Assembly: GCA_964385705.1 (NCBI GenBank)
Contig: CAYLQG010000001.1
Span: forward strand, 831-64,830
DNA from: an uncultured Gammaproteobacteria bacterium
GTDB taxonomy: Bacteria > Patescibacteriota > Microgenomatia > UBA10105 > UBA927
Direction: 5' to 3'
Length of the DNA: 64,000 bases
Of this stretch, positions 19,644 to 29,298 are shown in pieces. Position 1 is the first letter of the stretch, and each line of letters starts with the position of its first letter. The notes beneath the pieces are model-generated. The model saw only the letters and a program-made list of their open reading frames with translations, was not told the origin of the DNA and did no database searches. The translations under genes and the position numbers were made by a program.

Positions 19644-20912
19644 TTACGCATTTATAGCGTCCTTTAGTTCTATCGCGGCTTTTGAAGTTGCGTGATCGTG
19701 AGACTCGAATCCGAACATTTCAACAACCGACCCCGTATACGTTGCTCCATTTTTGAGGGGAATTCCTTCATGGATTCCGGCCGTCCGAATTTCCGTTTTC
19801 AGTTTTGCTAGTAATTCTTTCGTACGGTTCAAACTCAATCCGCCGGGCTTAACAATATCGGTGATTAACTGATTTCCGGCGTATAAAGGCTGCGAGGGCG
19901 CTACCGGATTCACGATGCGTTCCCTATGTTGACGAAGCCAGGGCAAATCCTGCACCACGGGTATATTTTTTGCCTCCAGGAGGTGCCTGATCTGTGGAGT
20001 TGGGTAAAGTAGCGAATTCATGACGAGAAGATCAGGTGGCAATAGTCTGTCGGGCAATATTTGGCACCCCAAACCCAAATATGGAAGGAGCGGTGAATAC
20101 CGGACGGACATCCCGCCATCAAACGGAGACAGAACGTCAAGGTCGACGCTGTATGTAACATTCGTTATATGCCGCTCTGCCAAGATTTGTACTACTTGAT
20201 GGAGGGAGGCGTCTATATCCTCCGGCCTTATGTCACGGTTCATCACGATATTTCTCGGTAATTCTTTACTCTGCCCGCTTGTGAGAAACCAATCAATCAC
20301 CTTGGGGTCTACCCCGATAAACACCGGCGTATCAATGAGCCCATATTTTCCCAAATGCCAATAGAAATTCGCGGAAGTTATCGGAAGCTTGGCGGCCACA
20401 GAATCAATATGCCGGTCAAAAACAATTTCAGCGATCGCGGGGCTGTCTTCCGCTGACTCTTCGTGGAGAGCCGCGTGTGTAAGGAGCTGATTGTAATGCA
20501 ATGTGCCCATTATAACGGTCTTTCCTGCCGCCCGATTAAGATGCTGGCGCATACGAGTAACATACGTTGCACTATTGAGGAGCCCGGAATAATCATCTAA
20601 AACGAGTTCCGGAACATTTTTTGTGATATTGTTTTTCACTTCCGTCCACTGATCTGTATTTCGGAGGAACGGCTCGTAATCATGGATTTCATCCTCGGAC
20701 AAGATCGCCAATAATTCCCGTTGATGCGGTGCGAGTTCAGAACTATCCCACTCTGTAAGTAAACGGTCGCGGTTTTCCCAAAATAATTCCTGATCAAATA
20801 GGCCCCAAATAATCGGAAGGTGCGGAAGTTCCAAGATTGCGATGTCCGGCATCATGATCGTGGTGCTCTTTTCTCCCCGTAGAACTTCTTTTGAATGATC
20901 TTCAGGCATCAT
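19644..20912 (-). CDS. Divergent ureohydrolase (arginase/agmatinase-fold) protein
   Basis: VFDRHID (DxHxD), YSVDLDVLSP (SxDxD), PGGLS and VVE motifs. Confidence 0.6.
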   Translation of the reverse strand: MMPEDHSKEVLRGEKSTTIMMPDIAILELPHLPIIWGLFDQELFWENRDRLLTEWDSSELAPHQRELLAILSEDEIHDYEPFLRNTDQWTEVKNNITKNVPELVLDDYSGLLNSATYVTRMRQHLNRAAGKTVIMGTLHYNQLLTHAALHEESAEDSPAIAEIVFDRHIDSVAAKLPITSANFYWHLGKYGLIDTPVFIGVDPKVIDWFLTSGQSKELPRNIVMNRDIRPEDIDASLHQVVQILAERHITNVTYSVDLDVLSPFDGGMSVRYSPLLPYLGLGCQILPDRLLPPDLLVMNSLLYPTPQIRHLLEAKNIPVVQDLPWLRQHRERIVNPVAPSQPLYAGNQLITDIVKPGGLSLNRTKELLAKLKTEIRTAGIHEGIPLKNGATYTGSVVEMFGFESHDHATSKAAIELKDAINA

Positions 20913-21020
20913 ACAGTTTTATGACCGGAATTGTGAATCCGGGCGGTAAAACGGTAGTATACCAGGATAAAACTGGTATGTAAATATTATAGGATAATTA
21001 TGGGTAACTGAACGCTCAGA

Positions 21021-21455
21021 TTACTTCCAAACTGACAGGAGTGATCCCATGAGTAAGAGCGACACCAGATAATAGCCGCTGTTCATAAACCACAGCTTCC
21101 AGCTTTTTCCGTCCCAAAGGACCGTACCAAGTGAAACGGGAGCGACAAATCCGAGCCAGTTAAAGAATCCTCCGGTCAGACCCACCGAAAGACCAGATGT
21201 CTGCATAAAATTACCGGAAAAAACAAGTTCGTTGGCAAGTACGTAGGCCATAAGGAGGGACCCAACGAACATGAGCCCGTACGACTTTGCCATCCCCTGC
21301 TTCATCGCGTCACTCATTTTCGTTGACTTAAACCCCATTTCCTTCATCCAGGGCTTGCCGAATAACGGCCCGTACCAGAGAGATCCCACGATCATGCTGA
21401 CCACCGCAGCTGCAAAAACAGCGAGATAATTTATCGGAATCGTCACATTTCCCAT
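21021..21455 (-). CDS. DUF1761-like membrane protein
   Basis: INYLAV...GSLWYGPLFGKPW signature; about 4 TM helices; SD AGAAAGGA. Confidence 0.85.
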   Translation of the reverse strand: MGNVTIPINYLAVFAAAVVSMIVGSLWYGPLFGKPWMKEMGFKSTKMSDAMKQGMAKSYGLMFVGSLLMAYVLANELVFSGNFMQTSGLSVGLTGGFFNWLGFVAPVSLGTVLWDGKSWKLWFMNSGYYLVSLLLMGSLLSVWK

Positions 21456-21536
21456 ATAGTTCCTTTCTTTAACAAATAAGTACTAACTATAGTGTAGATA
21501 ATTGTAAGATATATTACAAATCAAATCCCAAAACAA

Positions 21537-22094
21537 TTATTTTATGCCGGATATTTGTGCAAGAAGTTGGGGAAACGTTGTATATCCGCTTTCTGCGTTA
21601 AGGTGCCCGGCATGAGGAATAAAGGTTAATCGTACCCCCAGATTTTTTGAAAGCTGTTGCCCGTTTTCTAAACACACATACGGATCATTATCGGAATGAT
21701 AGACGAAAAAATTGTGCGCATTGGATTTGATTTTCTGCCAGTCAAAATCAAACCCGCCACTGAATGCAGTATCCTCGTCATAAAATTTAATGGGTTTTAT
21801 CCCGATCGGCGCTCCGACGAAAAATGCCGCATTAACGGGTTTCTCTACCCGCTCGAGAATTCGGAGTAAAAACAGACCTCCTTTACTGTGACCGACAAAA
21901 ATAGTGTTTTCATCGATAAACTTCCGGTATCCGTCAAAAACGCCCAGCCACGCTGATAATGATTCTCCGTCAGGGGTCGGAAAGGTCGGAACGAACACCC
22001 GGCAATCCGGTGATTCCAGTTGTTCTTTAAGCCAGGGGAACCAATTACCTTTCGGATTACTTGCCGTTCCGTGGAATATGAAAACAGTACGCAT
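21537..22094 (-). CDS. RBBP9/YdeN-family alpha/beta hydrolase
   Basis: FHG, NWFPWL, GHSKG, HSDNDPYV, AGHLN. Confidence 0.9.
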   Translation of the reverse strand: MRTVFIFHGTASNPKGNWFPWLKEQLESPDCRVFVPTFPTPDGESLSAWLGVFDGYRKFIDENTIFVGHSKGGLFLLRILERVEKPVNAAFFVGAPIGIKPIKFYDEDTAFSGGFDFDWQKIKSNAHNFFVYHSDNDPYVCLENGQQLSKNLGVRLTFIPHAGHLNAESGYTTFPQLLAQISGIK

Positions 22095-22110
22095 ATACCT
22101 ATATTATATG

Positions 22111-24129
22111 TTATTTATGAAGTATTCCGCCCCATTCAACGGCCGTGAAGCCTATCCGTTTTGGAGTTTTATAGAATTCCGATCCCAGCGAATCAACGGC
22201 GATCGGCCGTGTTAGTCTCGTGTACTCCATAAGCACCCGGATCTCCGTGTCGGGTACGGGATTGATGTGGAGGGGCGCGACCCGGTTAAGAGCGTTCGTA
22301 TCATAAAATGATATGAGGTAATACGGGCTCCCGGTGACTTTCGGCTCCCAATAATTCTCAAAATCCTTCCGTTCTTTTTCATTGAGTCCGAACTTGGTGA
22401 GCGCCGATACGAAATAGGTGTGAATATCCCTTTGTGTAACGACGTTGGAAATAGCGGGCTGGTTGGGCGCAGGTGCGTTCCCCTCCCAATAGAGTGATGA
22501 GTAATACCTGTCTTTTATTGATGAGTAGATACTCCCGTCAGGGTATGCAGTCACTGTCCATCCGTCGCCATATGGAGGCTCTGACTCTTTGAGAGTAATA
22601 GTTTTATCAAGCCCGACTGTTACCCGGGTCGGTTGCGTTGGATATAAGTAGATAAGCGGTTCGGCCCAGCATTTCGTTAATACGAGTTCGCTTCTGAAAA
22701 TCATCCGGTAAACACCAAGTTTATTTTTCCAGACAAGAATCGGTTTCAACTTCAGATAATCGTCATATGACAAATTAAATGTTCCCGGGATGGAGACTTT
22801 ATATAACCAAAATTCCTGAAAGATTTTAAAATCCTTGGCATTTATGTCGTATAACGTATCGCCCTTGTCTGTCGTTGCAACGGCCGTCAGATTATTGTGA
22901 ACGTCCAGGAATTCACTGTCAGAGGATATCCCATCAATGAGCATCGTCCCCCAGCATCCGTCATAATCCGTCGTATAACTTACCCCCTTGAGCGTCATCA
23001 TACTGCCGGATGGAGTTGAAACGGGCGGCGGAAGCAGTGCCGGCGGGTCACCGGTTGTCCACGTAATCTGTGCCGCGTCACTAAACGGCGAATACGCCTC
23101 AGGGTTGGGATCTTTTTTATAGATAAACCCGTCGTTATACGGATCGCCATTCACATCCCCCGCAAGCCCGGTTGGCAGGCGCATCGTAAAGGTAGTATTG
23201 AGGATAGTTTTCAATTTTATCGGATTATTATGAATATCTTCATTGGAATAGAGTGCGTACCCGTTGGCGAAATCCTTTATAAGGAAGAGCGTCGAAGGAG
23301 AAAACATATTATTCGTCCTCGTTACGAAAATTTTGAGTCCTGTTTGTGTATCGTCGAATTCACTCTTTGATCCCACAACATCAAGGGAAAGATCTTTATC
23401 AAACGATATGCCTGCTTTTGGATTCGGTTGAAACGTGTCTATAGTACAGTTGTCGCGACAGACAAATCCCGAATTTCCATAATCATTCGGCAAAACAAAC
23501 GTATTATCACCGGTTTTAATAAACAGAGCAAGCGTACTGTAGTCGTGTGCAAAATCTTTTTCCGTCCCGATGCCTTTGAACACATGTGTGGTTAAGAGTC
23601 CACGGACAATCGCAAGATACACAGGAGCACCGGCATATTTTGTCTTCATGGTGCCGACCCGATAATACGTCGCCTTGGGCTCATATGTGTCCGTCGTGTG
23701 GAGCATGTTCGTACAATTCGAACCGCTCTGACAATAATCTACGTTGTACGGATAAAAGGAATCTAGTTGCGCAAAAAAGCCGACACTTGCAACCGGTTGC
23801 GGCGCCGGTAGCCAATCAACTAACCCGGTTTGTATCGCAATAGGTGTCGGAGTTGAAGTCGGAGTCGCCTGGGGCGTTGCAAGCCCCTGATATGTACCGG
23901 GCATTTTTATCACGTCAGGTTTGCTTTTCCCGGACTGCGATTCATATCGGTATCCTAATACCCCGATACCGCCCATAATTAAAGCAAGAATGATGACAAG
24001 GACAACCGTCATTTTGTTTGATTCCGGGCGAGGTGACGGCGGGACAGAAGGGGTGGTTGGTTTGGCCGGAGGAGGAGCCACGGGAGGCACGGGCGTGACG
24101 GTTTTGGGTGGATTTATATCATTCTCCAT
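22111..24129 (-). CDS. Membrane-anchored surface protein with a C-terminal 'P-IYLYP...EWGG' domain
   Basis: Pro-rich N-terminus, single TM, PT linker; C-terminal EPLIYLYP, LYWEG, F..YW, P.PDT.IRV and VEWGG motifs. Confidence 0.75.
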   Translation of the reverse strand: MENDINPPKTVTPVPPVAPPPAKPTTPSVPPSPRPESNKMTVVLVIILALIMGGIGVLGYRYESQSGKSKPDVIKMPGTYQGLATPQATPTSTPTPIAIQTGLVDWLPAPQPVASVGFFAQLDSFYPYNVDYCQSGSNCTNMLHTTDTYEPKATYYRVGTMKTKYAGAPVYLAIVRGLLTTHVFKGIGTEKDFAHDYSTLALFIKTGDNTFVLPNDYGNSGFVCRDNCTIDTFQPNPKAGISFDKDLSLDVVGSKSEFDDTQTGLKIFVTRTNNMFSPSTLFLIKDFANGYALYSNEDIHNNPIKLKTILNTTFTMRLPTGLAGDVNGDPYNDGFIYKKDPNPEAYSPFSDAAQITWTTGDPPALLPPPVSTPSGSMMTLKGVSYTTDYDGCWGTMLIDGISSDSEFLDVHNNLTAVATTDKGDTLYDINAKDFKIFQEFWLYKVSIPGTFNLSYDDYLKLKPILVWKNKLGVYRMIFRSELVLTKCWAEPLIYLYPTQPTRVTVGLDKTITLKESEPPYGDGWTVTAYPDGSIYSSIKDRYYSSLYWEGNAPAPNQPAISNVVTQRDIHTYFVSALTKFGLNEKERKDFENYWEPKVTGSPYYLISFYDTNALNRVAPLHINPVPDTEIRVLMEYTRLTRPIAVDSLGSEFYKTPKRIGFTAVEWGGILHK

Positions 24130-24282
24130 ATAATTTCTTATCTTCAGTATGACATATCGGAAGAAATTTAATATGTGATATGTATCACCAATGCCATGCT
24201 TGTATTCTTATCATCCTACGCACGAAAAATGCATTGAAGAGCACCTCCACTTCTCTGCAATATCACTTTAATTACTTCTTCG

Positions 24283-24891
24283 CTAATTTCTCATAAACAC
24301 AAAAAACGGATATCCGAAGTCATTGCGATCACGGAAAAAAGATATACCCTGTTCTTCCGCAGATTTTGTAACGCCGGCAAGGGCCTCCTCTGAATATTTA
24401 CTCCACACAGCGGGGGCAAATATAAAAAATCCGCCCTTGGCGAGTAGTTTAAGCACGGCCGCGCCTTCATATTCTAATGTATCGCTGGTGTCGAGCGACC
24501 CCACGGCCAGAAGTAAATCAAAACTCCGCTCAGGGTAGTGAGTATTTCCTGCATTGGCTATTCTAATTTTATGACGCGGAAGGAACCGGTGATCCCCGAC
24601 TGGCGGATGATAGATAAGTGTGACTCCCTGCATGTGAACACTGGGATAATTATCCGCGATTCCGGCTGCTGCTCTCCCTGTCCCGCAACCCACGTCGAGC
24701 CCTTTGACGACTGATTTTTGTTCTACAAGCGAAAGAATGATCGGTTCAAGGACCGGAATCATCATTTTGTAAGCGATAAATGACCGGTCGGCGTTTTCCT
24801 TATAGGCCCCGGACTGAATTTCCCCGCGTGAGACCTCTCTATCACTTATAAGTCGTGACACGTGAGCAGATTGGTCAAAGTCTCTCATCAT
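24283..24891 (-). CDS. Class I SAM-dependent methyltransferase
   Basis: LDVGCGTG, SFDLL, LAKGG. Confidence 0.8.
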   Translation of the reverse strand: MMRDFDQSAHVSRLISDREVSRGEIQSGAYKENADRSFIAYKMMIPVLEPIILSLVEQKSVVKGLDVGCGTGRAAAGIADNYPSVHMQGVTLIYHPPVGDHRFLPRHKIRIANAGNTHYPERSFDLLLAVGSLDTSDTLEYEGAAVLKLLAKGGFFIFAPAVWSKYSEEALAGVTKSAEEQGISFFRDRNDFGYPFFVFMRN

Positions 24892-24981
24892 CCCGATATA
24901 ATACTATAAGTTATAATAGAAAACAATTCCCATACCCTGAGATTCTGAGAAATCCAAGAATGTTGATACACCTGGGAAAAT

Positions 24982-25404
24982 CTACTCTGTCACTTCGGAT
25001 ATGTCTGAGGGTCCCGGACCATGAGACACCATAACGCGGGCTAAAAACTGACCTTGTGCATCCTCAGGAAGAGCAAGATAATTTTGTAATTGGCCAATCA
25101 TCTCCAATCGCAGTGCTTTTGCCGTTACGTTTATTCTATCTAGCTCAGTGATCTGCGGGTGATACACAGGTGTTACTCCGAGCGCTTCAGCTGCCTGTTC
25201 ATCGCCTAACGTTGTTGCCATAACAAATTGTGTTGCGTTTTCTCCGTCAGGACCCGTTAAATTAGCAAGAATTTTTCTGACGGAATCATCTCCATGAAAT
25301 CCAGGTGATGTGTGGGATTCGTAAATTGCATCTTCCACAAGAATTGTTGCGACTTTTCCGTCGTCTCGTATACTGTCCTGCTCCTGATCTTTTCGTTTTG
25401 GCAT
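24982..25404 (-). CDS. Hypothetical protein
   Basis: 140 aa ORF with an upstream TTGACT-16 bp-TATAAT. Confidence 0.6.
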   Translation of the reverse strand: MPKRKDQEQDSIRDDGKVATILVEDAIYESHTSPGFHGDDSVRKILANLTGPDGENATQFVMATTLGDEQAAEALGVTPVYHPQITELDRINVTAKALRLEMIGQLQNYLALPEDAQGQFLARVMVSHGPGPSDISEVTE

Positions 25405-25555
25405 AGTGTTGGCCCGTTCAGATAAATTGTGACTATTGACCGCTATTATAAGCTAAATCACAGGCAAGTCAACTGTAAGACGAACCGAAAATTCTATACT
25501 TGCAATGAAATACCCTCCGCTACCAAAGGTTTCTCAAAAAGAAAACTATTAAGGA

Positions 25556-26350
25556 TTAACTTTTCGTTAAAAAGGAATCTACTGTCCCATTGAATACTTC
25601 CGGGTTATCCATGTTTGAGAGATGGCCCGCAGCGGGAATTGCGGCAAATTGACTGCCGGGAATTTTTTCGTGAATGAGACACGATTTCCGCTGAAAATCT
25701 TCAATATCATGCTCCCCCACCAGAACTAATGCCGGAACTTTTATACTTGACAAGTTTTCGACTGCCGGAGGCGCTATGTCGACTGGCTGATTGATGCCAT
25801 ACCAGCGGTACCCGCTTGTTACGTCTACCATATTCTGAATTTGTTTCCAAACGTTCGGCATTTTTTTCGAAATATCGAAAATCGCGAGATCCAACCAGAT
25901 TTTTCTTGCCGCATCCAGATTCCCGCTTTTTGCAAGATCTGTGATCCGTTTGATACGTTTCATAAACGCGTCGCTAAACCCGTCACCGGAAATTCCGGCA
26001 TCCGCTAACACCAATGAGCGGACTATTTCCGGATGCGTTAATGCCAAATCAATGATGATGGCGGCTCCGAGTGATAACCCGACAAAGTGGGCTTTCGTGA
26101 CGGATAAAGATCCGAGTAATACATATAAATCTTCGGAGAACGAATATGGCTCATCGGCGGGAACGTCTGATTTCCCGAATCCGCGGATATCGTACCGTAT
26201 GACGGTATATTTTTTGGAAAAGTAAGCTAACTGCGAATCCCATTGTCTGGTATCAAGTGCGTCAGCATGGACGAAAACAATCGGTTCTCCCTGACCGACT
26301 TTTTCCCAGTAAATCTTTGATCCAGTGATAGGAGTAAAACCGCTTTGCAT
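25556..26350 (-). CDS. Alpha/beta fold hydrolase
   Basis: YDIRGFGKS, GLSLG nucleophile elbow, GEHD, AGHLSN. Confidence 0.9.
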   Translation of the reverse strand: MQSGFTPITGSKIYWEKVGQGEPIVFVHADALDTRQWDSQLAYFSKKYTVIRYDIRGFGKSDVPADEPYSFSEDLYVLLGSLSVTKAHFVGLSLGAAIIIDLALTHPEIVRSLVLADAGISGDGFSDAFMKRIKRITDLAKSGNLDAARKIWLDLAIFDISKKMPNVWKQIQNMVDVTSGYRWYGINQPVDIAPPAVENLSSIKVPALVLVGEHDIEDFQRKSCLIHEKIPGSQFAAIPAAGHLSNMDNPEVFNGTVDSFLTKS

Positions 26351-26376
26351 TGGAAATATATTATCACAATTTTCTC

Positions 26377-27240
26377 CTACCCCATCTGTAGACTAATAAT
26401 TCCCAGAATCATGAGGATGATGCCCGCGTATTGGAGCGGGCGGAGGCGTTCGCGAAGCCACACGCGGGCGATAAGGATGGTGACGAGAGATGCGCAGGAA
26501 ACGATCACAGATACATACGAAACCGCGTAGTGGATAACGGTAAAGTTATAGACGCTTAACCCGACGAAATCCACAATCCCTATTCCCAAAATTAATTTCC
26601 AGGGAAGTTTTCCCCAAGCGAATAACGCCTTCGTTTGTTTGGAGGCGAGCACTGATATTCCTGCGTACGCTGTAACCGCAATCCGTAAGAATAACGATGT
26701 ATAGAACCAGCCGTTGACGCGCGATTCTGGCGCCATAAAAAATAACTGGAGACCCACGGCTGCGGATGATCCGAGCGCAAGGAGCGCGCCTTTTGAAAAT
26801 CCCGGAATTTTACTATGCAGGAACTTCGACCAGTTGAGGGACAGGAGGAGTCCGCCCGCAAAAACCAACACGATGCTTATGAATTTCGCGGGCGTCGCAG
26901 CTTCGTGAAGTATTATCATGCCAAGTACGCTTGTGATAACAAAATCAACGCGCGACAGCGGGCCGACAACAGAGATGTCGGTGATCTGCGCCGCTTTAAA
27001 ATACAGAAGCCATGAAAACACTGGGAGAATCCCGATAAGAAACAGAGGGATGATCGTGACAACATGCGGCATCGGGATAAACGGCAGGAATAAGAATGAA
27101 ATAAGAAGTCCCGCCACCTGCGAAGCAAAAAATCCAACCGTGGCGGGAGTCTTGCGGGCGATGAGTCCGCCAAAAACATCCATCATCCCCCACATAATCA
27201 TCGGAACAAAAGAGAGGGAAAGAGGGATGAGGATGTTCAT
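26377..27240 (-). CDS. EamA/DMT-family transporter
   Basis: About 10 TM helices in two repeats ending ILHE and WLRE. Confidence 0.85.
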   Translation of the reverse strand: MNILIPLSLSFVPMIMWGMMDVFGGLIARKTPATVGFFASQVAGLLISFLFLPFIPMPHVVTIIPLFLIGILPVFSWLLYFKAAQITDISVVGPLSRVDFVITSVLGMIILHEAATPAKFISIVLVFAGGLLLSLNWSKFLHSKIPGFSKGALLALGSSAAVGLQLFFMAPESRVNGWFYTSLFLRIAVTAYAGISVLASKQTKALFAWGKLPWKLILGIGIVDFVGLSVYNFTVIHYAVSYVSVIVSCASLVTILIARVWLRERLRPLQYAGIILMILGIISLQMG

Positions 27241-27274
27241 CCGTTTATTATCTCACACGAAGTGAAATTGGCTA

Positions 27275-27889
27275 TTATTTTTTCGCCACAATACAAATGC
27301 CGTTTTGAGGGCCGAATTTCTTTTTATACACATCAACTTCCCTAAATCCTGCTGATGTAAGAGCTCTCTTTATTTCATCACCGGAATATTCACGAAAAAC
27401 TTTCGTCGAAGACATTACGGGTGAAACGAAATAAATGGCGACCAGAGCGCCGTCTGCAGCAAGCCGGAATAGTTTGGAACAAACACTAGCGAGGTCATCC
27501 CAAAAATAAACCACGTGGACGGCAATTAGTTTCTGGAAGCGTATATCTGTTATGGGAAAATCTTCGATAGCGCCATGAAATAATTTCACCCGCCCGATAC
27601 GGATTTCTGTTTCTAATAATTGTGAAGCTGTATCGTACATAGTTTTTGAGGGATCAATGCCGTAGACCAGTCCTTTCGTCACTTTATCGGATAATTTCGT
27701 GAGGGTTTTTCCTGTACCGAATCCGATTTCAAGAACGGTATCGGTTGACCGTAGGTTTATTAGCGACAGAACCCAGTCGTTCTGGGTATCGTTCATTTGG
27801 TCCATTTTCCGTCCGACAAATTTTCCTAAGGATCCTTTGGGATGTTTATATTGCGGCGAGAGAATACGGAACAGAAGTTTCGACAGCAT
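27275..27889 (-). CDS. Class I SAM-dependent methyltransferase
   Basis: HPKG.LG, VLEIGFGTG, GIDPS, VYFW. Confidence 0.88.
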   Translation of the reverse strand: MLSKLLFRILSPQYKHPKGSLGKFVGRKMDQMNDTQNDWVLSLINLRSTDTVLEIGFGTGKTLTKLSDKVTKGLVYGIDPSKTMYDTASQLLETEIRIGRVKLFHGAIEDFPITDIRFQKLIAVHVVYFWDDLASVCSKLFRLAADGALVAIYFVSPVMSSTKVFREYSGDEIKRALTSAGFREVDVYKKKFGPQNGICIVAKK

Positions 27890-27901
27890 AAAGCAACTTC
27901 A

Positions 27902-28381
27902 TTATACCATCGCGGTATGGATAGATATTGCCCAGGAGGCAGCGCGAAGAAGCTCTCCGTCTTTGAGCGGGCCTTCTTTGCCCATAACGATGAAGCCGGC
28001 AGGAGGGATGATAAGATTTCCACCTTTGGACACAAGGAGATTGGCGATTTTCGGGGCAGCAAAGCCGATGACACCCATAAGGAGTTTAAGGAATAAATTG
28101 ACGTCTTTGGCCTCAAACCGCGTATCAAATGAGGCAACTTTTACTCTGTTAAGGCTATGAAGCGGGATAAAATCGAGAAATGTCTGGAGTGCCTGCGTCG
28201 GCCTCCCTCCATGCGTAGGTGAGCCGACGATAAGGAGATCGGGTTTGGTAACATCGGCATGTTTCGCCTTACCGACCTCCAACAACCTGACTTTATCCGG
28301 TTTCCCAAACGTACCGGCAATTGCTTCTGCCACCTTTTTCGTATTCCCGAACCGGGAATCATAAAGGATAACGATGTTCAT
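27902..28381 (-). CDS. Flavodoxin-family protein
   Basis: Start trimmed to MNIVILYDSRFGNTKKVA; VGSPTHGG, FDTR, GPLKDGEL.RA. Confidence 0.88.
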   Translation of the reverse strand: MNIVILYDSRFGNTKKVAEAIAGTFGKPDKVRLLEVGKAKHADVTKPDLLIVGSPTHGGRPTQALQTFLDFIPLHSLNRVKVASFDTRFEAKDVNLFLKLLMGVIGFAAPKIANLLVSKGGNLIIPPAGFIVMGKEGPLKDGELLRAASWAISIHTAMV

Positions 28382-28509
28382 TAAACGAAATGTACCATGA
28401 TTTATGCTTAGCTGCTGTAACGTACAGTACAACAAAAAAAATATCACTAATTATCCCTTTCTGGCGCCATTTGCTATAATATACTATCCTGTAGTAATAC
28501 AGACTATAT

Positions 28510-29298
28510 ATGAACGAAACCAGGCGTTTTACCAATAACGAGATCCAATATATGCCTCATCCACAAGTACGGCATTTCCTGCGTCTGGATGGATATAAAG
28601 ATCGTTTCGAAAATAGGATTTTTCCGGCAGAAAAACATGGAATTCTCACGCCCGGATATTATGACAGAGAAGGACGTCAAACCCAGGCGGCCATTTTAAT
28701 CTCGCCGGATGGAGATCGCTTTATAAAGCGAAACCCGGGAATACTGCATTCCATCGAAAAAGGATTGAAAGAAATTGTTAAAGGAGCAGATGACGTCGAA
28801 CTTGACAGGGGAAGAAAAATGTCAAGGTTGACCGGCGTTTTCAGCGTGCAATCTCTTCTGTCAACACTTTCTATAAATAACGATAAATACTTCATCAAAA
28901 TTCATGCACCCTCCCTCCCACCGAGGGATAACCTATCACAGCCATTCATTAATGAAATGCTAGAGGTGCAGGCAATTCAAACGGATTTGCGTGAGGCATT
29001 AACCAAAATCAGTATAACATTTCCTACCTATTATTTTGCTTCCGGACAAGTTCTCTGCCGTGGTTACGAAAACGGATTAGCACCATCACCAACGGAAGAT
29101 ATTTTAAAACGCATATTTAATTTGAGTCGGGTCGTGAACTACTACATCGGCGATGAAGATACGGATAAGAAGTCACTTTGGCACAATATTGAGCTTGATC
29201 TTCTCGACGGATTTCTTATGAACGCTATTCGATGTGAAAACTTTATCGAACGGTCAGATGGTTTACTTTCGTGGATCGACCCGTTTTTACATTCATGA
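28510..29298 (+). CDS. Hypothetical protein, possible divergent kinase-like fold
   Basis: YFIK, ..NEM, D...N-F-I and WIDP are spaced like PK/APH-type subdomains. Confidence 0.5.
   Translation: MNETRRFTNNEIQYMPHPQVRHFLRLDGYKDRFENRIFPAEKHGILTPGYYDREGRQTQAAILISPDGDRFIKRNPGILHSIEKGLKEIVKGADDVELDRGRKMSRLTGVFSVQSLLSTLSINNDKYFIKIHAPSLPPRDNLSQPFINEMLEVQAIQTDLREALTKISITFPTYYFASGQVLCRGYENGLAPSPTEDILKRIFNLSRVVNYYIGDEDTDKKSLWHNIELDLLDGFLMNAIRCENFIERSDGLLSWIDPFLHS

Noticed and set aside
24920-24981. Possible relic of the EamA gene 3' end
   Set aside because: Only short patchy matches (ATTCTTGGA versus ATTCTGGGA), indistinguishable from chance by eye.
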